Assembly (NCBI GenBank): GCA_026996855.1 | Contig: JALWJZ010000015.1 | Coordinates: forward strand, 2,997-66,996 | DNA from: Anaerolineales bacterium | GTDB taxonomy: Bacteria > Chloroflexota > Anaerolineae > Anaerolineales > DRMV01 | Direction of reading: 5' to 3' | Length of the DNA: 64,000 nt | Shown here: one piece after another, positions 58,042 through 64,000 of the stretch | Layout of the letters: each line of letters opens with the position of its first letter | How positions within the stretch are numbered: position 1 is the first letter of the stretch | Notes under the pieces: model-generated | Databases searched by the model: none | Told to the model about the DNA's origin: nothing | What the model saw: only the letters and a program-made list of their open reading frames with translations | Translations under genes and position numbers: made by a program

Positions 58042-61000
58042 ATGTTCAAACCCGTTTCGCCCAAGGTTTCCTTCCCAAAACTGGAAGAAGAAGTGCTCGA
58101 GTTTTGGAAGGCCCACGACGTGCCCCGCAAACAAGTGCAGCAACGGGAAGGGAGGCCCAAGTACGTTCTGTACGAAGGTCCGCCCACGGCCAACGGCCGG
58201 CCCGGCATCCACCACGTGCTCAGCCGGGTCTTCAAAGACATCTTCCCCCGTTTTTGGGCCATGCGGGGCTATCAGGTGGTCCGTCGGGGCGGATGGGACA
58301 CCCACGGTCTGCCCGTGGAACTGGAAATCGAGAAGAAGTTGGGGTTCAAATCCAAGCACGACATCGAAGCCTTTGGCGTGGCCGAGTTCAACCGCCTGTG
58401 CCGGGAGTCGGTGTTCACCTACATCAAGGACTGGGAACGCCTGACGGAGCGCATCGCCTACTGGGTGGACCTGGAGCAGGCTTACGTCACGTACCACAAC
58501 GAGTACATCGAAAGCATCTGGTGGATTCTCAAGAATTTCTGGGACCGGGGCCTGTTGTATCAGGATTACAAGGTGGTGCCCTACTGTCCCCGATGCGGCA
58601 CGCCCCTGGCCGACCATGAGGTGGCCCTGGGGTATAAAGAGGTGGAAGACCCCTCCCTGTATGTGCGCCTTCCCCTGGAAGACGAGGCGGATACGGCCCT
58701 GCTCATCTGGACCACGACCCCCTGGACCCTGCCGGCCAACGTGGCCGTGGCCGCGCATCCCGAATACACCTACGTGAAAGCAGCCCGGGAAAAGCCCGAC
58801 GGCACCACGGAATACCTCATCCTGGCGGAAGAGCGGATGCCCCACGTTTTTTCCAAGAAGGACAAGGTGCAGGTGGTGGCCCGCTTTTCCGGGAGGGATT
58901 TGGAGGGCCGCAAGTACCGGCCGCTGTACACCTTCCTCCCCACCGAGGGCAAACGGGCCTACGAAGTGGTGCTGGGCGAGTTCGTCACCCTGGAAGAGGG
59001 TACAGGGCTGGTCCACATGGCCCCGGCCTTCGGCGCGGAAGACATGGAAATGGCCCGCAAGTACGACCTGCCCGTGCTTTTGACCGTGGACGAGGACGGG
59101 AAATTCGTGGACGCGGTCAAGCCCTGGGCCGGGATGTGGGTCAAGGACGCGGACCGGCACATCGTCCAGGATTTGAAGCGCCGGGGCCTGGTCTTCAAGG
59201 TGGAAACCTACCGACACAATTACCCCCACTGCTGGCGGTGCCAGACGCCCTTGCTGTACTACGCCCGGCGTTCCTGGTTCATCGCCACCAGCCGGTTCAA
59301 GGACAAACTCCTGGAACTCAACGAGCGCATCCGTTGGGTTCCGGCCCACATCAAGCACGGTCGTTTCGGCAACTGGCTGGCCAACAACGTGGACTGGGCC
59401 TTGAGCCGTTTTCGGTACTGGGGTACGCCCCTGCCCATCTGGAAGTGCGACGCGTGCGGCCATGAGGAATGCATGGGCAGCGTTTCCGACCTGGAGGCCC
59501 GCGTCGGGCACCAACTCGCGGACCTGGATTTGCACCGGCCTTACGTGGACGAAATCACCTTCCCCTGCCCCGCGTGCCGTCAGGGGACCATGCGCCGCTA
59601 TCCCGAAGTCATCGACGTATGGTTCGATTCCGGTGCCATGCCCGTGGCCCAGTGGCACTTCCCCTACGAGCATCGAAAGGAGTTTTGGGAGACCTTCCCC
59701 GCGGATTACATCTGCGAAGGTGTGGACCAGACCCGAGGTTGGTTCTATTCCCTCCACGCCATCAGCACGTTGCTCTTTGGGCGTGAAAGTTATCGCAACG
59801 TGATCTCCCTGGGTTTGATTCTGGACGAAAAGGGCGAGAAGATGTCCAAATCCAAGGGCAACGTGGTGAATCCGTGGGAGGTCATTCCGGTGCATGGCGC
59901 GGATGCCACCCGCTGGTACTTCTTCTCCGTGGCCCCACCTGGAGACGACCGGCGTTTCTCTGCCAACCTGGTGGCCGAATCGGTGCGCAAATTCCTGCGG
60001 CCTCTGTGGAACTCCTACCACTTCTTCGTGCTCTATGCCAACCTGGACGGGTGGACGCCTCGGTCGGACCGCCCACGGGCCTTTACCACGATGGACCGGT
60101 GGTTGCGCTCCCGGTTGCATTGGTTGGTGAAACGGGTGAGCGAAGCCCTGGAAGATTACGACGCGGTGGGGGCCACCCGGCCGGTGCAGGAATTCGTGGA
60201 CCGGTATCTGTCCAACTGGTACCTGCGCCTGAATCGCCGCCGCTTCTGGAAGTCCGAAGCCGATGCGGACAAGGAAGCCGCATATGCCACCTTGTACGAG
60301 GTCCTGGTCACCCTGGCCCACCTGCTGGCGCCCAGCGTGCCCTTTATCGCGGAGGTGCTGTACCAAAACCTGGTGCGCTCGGTAGACCCCGACGCGCCCC
60401 TTTCCGTGCACCTGACCGATTGGCCCCAGGCCGACGAAGCGGCCATTGACGAAGAACTGAACCGCACCATGGACCTGGTCATTCGTTTGACCTCATTGGG
60501 GCGTTCGGTGCGGGAAAAGCGCAACATCAAATTGCGCCAGCCCCTGGCCGAAGCCCTGGTGGCCATTGGCCGCATCAAAGAACGGGAAGCCGTGCGCCCT
60601 TACCTGAACGTGATGGCTCAGGAACTCAACGTGAAGCGCATTCGCCTGTTGGATTTCCCCGACGAATTGGGCGAGTACGTCATTCATCCCCTGCCCAAGC
60701 AACTGGGACAGAAGTACAAAGCCCTTTTCCCCAAGATTCGGCAGGCGATTTTGGCGTTGGACCCGGTTCAGGTGGCCCATCGGGTTCTGGCCGGGGAGCC
60801 CTTCACCGTGGAAGTGGATGGCCAGACGTACACCATCCAGCCCGACGAGGTGGAGGTGCGGCTCAAGCCCGCCACCGAATACGCGGTAGAGCAGGACGGC
60901 CCCTACGTGGTGGCCCTGGACCCGAGGCTGACGCCCGAACTCCTCCAGGAAGGCTGGGTGCGGGAATTCATCCACCAGGTGCAAAATCTGCGCAAGGAGG

Positions 61001-61206
61001 CCGACCTGGAACTGACGGACCGCATCCGGCTGTACGTGAACGTGTCGTCGCCCCAGGTTCGACAGGCCTTGCAGGCGTATCGGGAGGCCATTTTGGCCGA
61101 GGTGCTGGGCGTGGAGGTGGTGGAAGGCGTGCCCGAGGGCGTGCCGACCACCACCTTTACCCTGGATGGCGGCGAAGTGACCGTGGGACTGGAGAAGGTG
61201 CATTAG
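58042..61206 (+). CDS. ileS: Isoleucyl-tRNA synthetase (type 2-like)
   Basis: The ATG follows GGGAGG. The HIGH motif is PGIHHVLSR and the KMSKS motif is present. CP1 editing and anticodon-binding domains are collinear. Confidence 0.97.
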   Translation: MFKPVSPKVSFPKLEEEVLEFWKAHDVPRKQVQQREGRPKYVLYEGPPTANGRPGIHHVLSRVFKDIFPRFWAMRGYQVVRRGGWDTHGLPVELEIEKKLGFKSKHDIEAFGVAEFNRLCRESVFTYIKDWERLTERIAYWVDLEQAYVTYHNEYIESIWWILKNFWDRGLLYQDYKVVPYCPRCGTPLADHEVALGYKEVEDPSLYVRLPLEDEADTALLIWTTTPWTLPANVAVAAHPEYTYVKAAREKPDGTTEYLILAEERMPHVFSKKDKVQVVARFSGRDLEGRKYRPLYTFLPTEGKRAYEVVLGEFVTLEEGTGLVHMAPAFGAEDMEMARKYDLPVLLTVDEDGKFVDAVKPWAGMWVKDADRHIVQDLKRRGLVFKVETYRHNYPHCWRCQTPLLYYARRSWFIATSRFKDKLLELNERIRWVPAHIKHGRFGNWLANNVDWALSRFRYWGTPLPIWKCDACGHEECMGSVSDLEARVGHQLADLDLHRPYVDEITFPCPACRQGTMRRYPEVIDVWFDSGAMPVAQWHFPYEHRKEFWETFPADYICEGVDQTRGWFYSLHAISTLLFGRESYRNVISLGLILDEKGEKMSKSKGNVVNPWEVIPVHGADATRWYFFSVAPPGDDRRFSANLVAESVRKFLRPLWNSYHFFVLYANLDGWTPRSDRPRAFTTMDRWLRSRLHWLVKRVSEALEDYDAVGATRPVQEFVDRYLSNWYLRLNRRRFWKSEADADKEAAYATLYEVLVTLAHLLAPSVPFIAEVLYQNLVRSVDPDAPLSVHLTDWPQADEAAIDEELNRTMDLVIRLTSLGRSVREKRNIKLRQPLAEALVAIGRIKEREAVRPYLNVMAQELNVKRIRLLDFPDELGEYVIHPLPKQLGQKYKALFPKIRQAILALDPVQVAHRVLAGEPFTVEVDGQTYTIQPDEVEVRLKPATEYAVEQDGPYVVALDPRLTPELLQEGWVREFIHQVQNLRKEADLELTDRIRLYVNVSSPQVRQALQAYREAILAEVLGVEVVEGVPEGVPTTTFTLDGGEVTVGLEKVH

Positions 61207-61244
61207 AAGAAAGCAGGCGGCCCCACCCGGCCGCCTGCTTTCTT
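61207..61244. terminator. 14-bp hairpin between convergent ileS and the small ORF
   Basis: GAAAGCAGGCGGCC-ccaccc-GGCCGCCTGCTTTC, followed by TTCCTTCT. Confidence 0.75.
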
Positions 61245-61248
61245 CCTT

Positions 61249-61506
61249 CTATGTGCGTGCATCCTCGCGGGCCCGGAAACGGGCGATTTGATCTTCCAAA
61301 AAGGCCAAAACCAAAGGGGTTTGTTTGCGGATGTCTTCCGCACTCATATGTCCGTTTATGTTAAGTTCGTCGATGAGGGATTGGGCGAGTTCCACGGCCA
61401 GTTCCAGCAAACCCCGATAATAGGCTTTGGCATCCAGCACGCCTTCTCTGCGCTGGGCTTTCAATTCCCGAAGTCGTTTTTCCAATTGTTCGACGGTCCA
61501 CGACAT
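61249..61506 (-). CDS. Small helical protein (85 aa), unknown function
   Basis: A strong RBS (GGAGGCTGACG) precedes the ATG at 61506. The sequence begins MSWTVEQLEKRLRELKAQRREGVLDAKAYYRG. The track extension to 61677 runs into the repeat array and is rejected. Confidence 0.55.
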   Translation of the reverse strand: MSWTVEQLEKRLRELKAQRREGVLDAKAYYRGLLELAVELAQSLIDELNINGHMSAEDIRKQTPLVLAFLEDQIARFRAREDART

Positions 61507-61617
61507 CGTCAGCCTCCTTATGGTGACCCATGCATAGAAGTAGGGCATGGGTTGGTGATGGGTGCCCCTCTCCAGCCGTATTGGGACGCCCTTGTGGGGG
61601 GACTTGTTTATTTTGGC

Positions 61618-61797
61618 GTCTCCCTCGCTCCCGTTTCGGACGCGGTTTCCGGGTTCACCCAAGTTGCCACATGACATTTGTCATGTGACGGTCTCCCTCG
61701 CTCCCGTTTCGGACGCGGTTTCCGGGTTCACCCAAGTTGCCACATGACATTTGTCATGTGACGGTCCCCCTCGCTCCCGTTTCGGACGCGGTTTCCG
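61618..61797. repeat. 73-bp tandem repeat, 2.47 copies (61618-61690, 61691-61763, partial 61764-61797)
   Basis: Copies 1 and 2 are identical. Copy 3 differs at 1 nt over 34 nt. Each full unit contains the palindrome CACATGACA-TT-TGTCATGTG (61668-61687 and 61741-61760). Confidence 0.95.
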
Positions 61798-62785
61798 AGA
61801 CGACAGAGGGGGTGGTAAGGGGCGGCGCAATCAAAGCCGGTTTGGATACCGGCTCTCCGGGCGTAACCAAACGGCAGAAAGCGCAACGGCCCGGTGCGGT
61901 GGTGGGTTGTCCGCACACTTCGCAGGCGTGGAGTTCTTCGTCCACTTCTTCCTGCACCGGGGCAAAGGCCCCTTGCTCTTTGGCCCGCAAGAAGCCCAGG
62001 AAGAATTGCAGTTTGGTCCCCGGTCGCTCTTCTTCCAGTTTGTTGAGGAGTTCCTTGTAGTAAATGGACTTGGCGCCCTGGGCAAAGGGGCATTCGTCGT
62101 ACACGTAGCGGATGCCCCGAAGCAGGGCGTAGGCCGCGGTTTCCCGCTCGTAAAAGCGGAAGAAGGGTTTGACCTTCTTCACCAGGCCATCCCGGGCCGG
62201 GAGCACAGGGTGTTGCCGGGCCAGATAACCCACCTGCCAGGTCATCACGTTGCCGAAGAGCACCGCGGCTTCGTCGTCCAGGTTGTGGCCCGTGGCCAGC
62301 ACGGTGTAACCGCCTTCCCGGGCCACCCGGTTCATGATGTGGCGCTTGACCAGGCCACACACCGAGCAGGGTTTGCCGCGGCCCCGGCGGGTGCGTCGGG
62401 CCATTTCCGGGATGCCTTCGCCATACTGGGTGGGTACGTCTTCCACAATCAAGTGCAGGTTGCGTTCTCGGGCGAAGGTCTCCACCGCTTCCCGGGACCG
62501 GTCGGAATACCCAATGCCACCGTCGATGCCCAGGCCGATGTACAGGCCATGGGCCTGGTAGCCCAGTTGCCAGAGCACGTCCCACAGGGCCAGGGAATCC
62601 TTTCCCCCGGATACCGCGACCAGTACCCGGTCTTCTTTGGTGAACATGCGGTATTTGCGGATGGTGCGCGCGGTTTGCTCGATGAACCATTCGATGTAGT
62701 GTTCCTTGCACAGGGCCAGCCGATGCTGGCGCATGTACACCACCGCGCGCTGACCGCATTTACGACACTTCCGCATGGTCTTCAT
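61754..62785 (-). CDS. ttuA: TtuA/NcsA-type PP-loop tRNA 2-thiolation ATPase
   Basis: The N-terminal zinc finger is CRKCGQ...CKEH. The PP-loop is SGGKDS. Fe-S cysteines are PCSVCG. The C-terminal zinc finger is CEVCG...CAFC. The last 13 codons and the stop lie in the tandem repeat. Confidence 0.85.
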   Translation of the reverse strand: MKTMRKCRKCGQRAVVYMRQHRLALCKEHYIEWFIEQTARTIRKYRMFTKEDRVLVAVSGGKDSLALWDVLWQLGYQAHGLYIGLGIDGGIGYSDRSREAVETFARERNLHLIVEDVPTQYGEGIPEMARRTRRGRGKPCSVCGLVKRHIMNRVAREGGYTVLATGHNLDDEAAVLFGNVMTWQVGYLARQHPVLPARDGLVKKVKPFFRFYERETAAYALLRGIRYVYDECPFAQGAKSIYYKELLNKLEEERPGTKLQFFLGFLRAKEQGAFAPVQEEVDEELHACEVCGQPTTAPGRCAFCRLVTPGEPVSKPALIAPPLTTPSVVSETASETGARGTVT

Positions 62786-62997
62786 CCTCCTGAAATCACC
62801 GCGACCAGGTGAATCACGTCCCCGTCCCGCACGCGTTCGTCCTCGGGAATGAGTTCGCCGTCCCGGGTGGGCAGCACCGATTCGGGCACCAGCCCGGCCT
62901 TTTGAATGGCCTGCCGTACCGTGATGCCCGCGGGTACGGTGTAGGTTTTGTCGCGCAAAATGAGCGTGGCCGTGCCACGGGTCCTGCCTTCTTGCAT
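62782..62997 (-). CDS. ttuB: TtuB/ThiS-like ubiquitin-fold sulfur carrier (C-terminal GG)
   Basis: The C-terminus is ...DGDVIHLVAVISGG. Its stop overlaps the ttuA start as ATGA. The start is ATG 62997 (GGAGG 11 nt upstream), or alternatively 63036. Confidence 0.7.
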   Translation of the reverse strand: MQEGRTRGTATLILRDKTYTVPAGITVRQAIQKAGLVPESVLPTRDGELIPEDERVRDGDVIHLVAVISGG

Positions 62998-63153
62998 GTT
63001 GTCCTGCGCCTCCGTCAAAAGGGGTTCGGTCACCATTCCGTGGCTTGCAGGGTACAATGAAGATACGGCGCTATGATTGTACCGAAAGACGGGATGTCGC
63101 AGCATTGAAATTGCGTTAATGTCCGCATGTTTGGTCACCCAGGGAGAACCGGC

Positions 63154-64000
63154 ATGGAACGTCGATACATGTGGTTGGCCTTGTTGGCCCTGGTTTTGGC
63201 CGTGTTGGGTGCCGGAGCCGTGCCCAACACGGGAGCCGGAGAGGCCGTACCGCGTTTTCTAAGGGTTTCCATGGTCATGGCCCCAGGGGAAGCGGAAGCC
63301 AATCTCGGTTTCCAGGCTCTCCCCCAAGGGGAAAAACGGGTCGTTTGGGAACGCATCGATGTGGTACTGAAGGTGGCCCGGGACGGAACTCTGGAGGTGG
63401 AGGAGCGCATCCGGGTTCGCTTCGAAGGCGGTCCCTTCCGCTTTGGCTTCCGCACCATCAACACTCGTTACACCACCGGCATTCGCGAGATTCAGGTCTC
63501 CGACGACCTGGGACCTTATCGGCCCGGCTCCAGTGGCGAGCCGCGCGCCTTCGTCCTTGCAAAGACCCCCGAACGGGTGACCGTACGCTGGTTCTTCGAG
63601 CCGGTGTCGGATACCACCCGGACCTTTGTGGTGCGTTACAAAGTGGAAGGCGCGTTGCGTTTCTATGAAAACGGGGAGCAATTGTGGTGGCAGGCCGTCT
63701 TCCCCGAACGGGACGGCCCGGTGCTGGAGTCCGCCGTGGAAGTCTACGCGCCCGGCCCCATTCGCCATGCCGAGGCGTACTTCGTCCCCGCGCGCATCGA
63801 GCGTATCGACGAGCGGGCCGTGCGCTTCGTGGCCGAAAAGCAAATCCCCCCCAATGTTCCTTTTGAAGTGCGGGTGGAATGGCCCGCAGGGGTGGTGGCC
63901 GGGACCCCCGCACCCTGGCAGGCCCAGGCCGACGCCGAGGCCGCGGCCCGGGAGCGACAGGCCCGCTGGGAGCAAACCTGGAAGCCCATCGTCAACCTGG
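63154..64000 (+). CDS. DUF2207-family membrane protein, 5' part (open at window end; absent from the ORF track)
   Basis: I translated it by hand from the ATG at 63154 (RBS GGGAG). It reads MERRYMWLALLALVLAVLGAG...DGTLEVEERIRVRFEGGPFRFGFRTI...TFVVRYKVEGALRFYENGEQLWWQAV. There is no stop before position 64000. Confidence 0.7.
   Translation, partial: MERRYMWLALLALVLAVLGAGAVPNTGAGEAVPRFLRVSMVMAPGEAEANLGFQALPQGEKRVVWERIDVVLKVARDGTLEVEERIRVRFEGGPFRFGFRTINTRYTTGIREIQVSDDLGPYRPGSSGEPRAFVLAKTPERVTVRWFFEPVSDTTRTFVVRYKVEGALRFYENGEQLWWQAVFPERDGPVLESAVEVYAPGPIRHAEAYFVPARIERIDERAVRFVAEKQIPPNVPFEVRVEWPAGVVAGTPAPWQAQADAEAAARERQARWEQTWKPIVNL

Noticed and set aside
57973-60411. Very long antisense ORFs. Examples: 812 aa opposite ileS, 851 aa opposite gyrA (35290-37845), 591 aa opposite gatB (27423-29198), 485 aa opposite sbcC (45408-46865) and 561 aa across ssrA (40721-42406).
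   Set aside because: These are a typical high-GC artefact. They have Gly/Arg/Pro/His-rich low-complexity translations and no recognisable motifs, and each is fully shadowed by a confidently identified gene.
61618-61797. Whether the 73-bp repeats are a CRISPR array or a coding repeat.
   Set aside because: The units are directly abutting with no spacers and are much longer than CRISPR repeats. Plus-strand ORFs through them are artefacts of the repetition.

Overview
High-GC (about 60-65% by eye) bacterial chromosomal segment. The gene content (caa3-type oxidase, TtuA/TtuB, T-box on ileS, many TTG/GTG starts) fits an aerobic, probably thermophilic, Chloroflexota-like organism, but lineage cannot be proven from this sequence alone. 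I can support about 60 protein genes, nearly all housekeeping. In order they are: aroE 3' end; uvrB split by a 558-aa intein; an HExxH exported protein; proline dehydrogenase; mrdA-mreD-mreC; recR; an FAH hydrolase; a ThiS-like GG protein; a HerA/YjgR-like ATPase; rplJ-rplL with promoter and leader; two YfcE-type phosphoesterases; a CDGSH protein; three histidine kinases and one NarL-type regulator; a GNAT plus OSBS/NSAR pair; rplS; the ctaC-ctaD-cytochrome c-subunit IV-ctaE cluster; an O-methyltransferase; gatB; a SpoU methyltransferase; PfpI; gyrA; a CxxxY-type ccmE; a PfkB kinase; an M20 peptidase; a deoxynucleoside kinase; yjbQ; sbcC; an alcohol dehydrogenase; a CinA-like protein; an MBL hydrolase; an aldo/keto reductase; clpP; tig; ileS; ttuB-ttuA; and a DUF2207 5' fragment. 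There is one tmRNA and one T-box leader. I saw no tRNA, rRNA, CRISPR array or transposase. I did NOT find a recognisable multi-gene defence or otherwise clearly novel system. The items the ordinary annotation does not explain are listed here. (1) An intein sits exactly between K and T of the UvrB Walker-A motif. (2) A perfect 73-bp tandem repeat (2.5 copies), each unit carrying a 20-bp palindrome, overlaps the ttuA stop codon. (3) A family of modular hairpin repeats occurs in intergenic DNA, and one copy fills the 250 nt between the ileS T-box terminator and the start codon. (4) A roughly 400-bp AT-rich non-coding island shares a heptad-repeat module with the aroE/uvrB spacer. (5) An orphan CcmE carries Cys in place of the haem-binding His. 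(6) An uncharacterised 831-aa HerA-like ATPase has a long coiled-coil tail. All family assignments come from motif recognition by eye and need HMM or BLAST confirmation.
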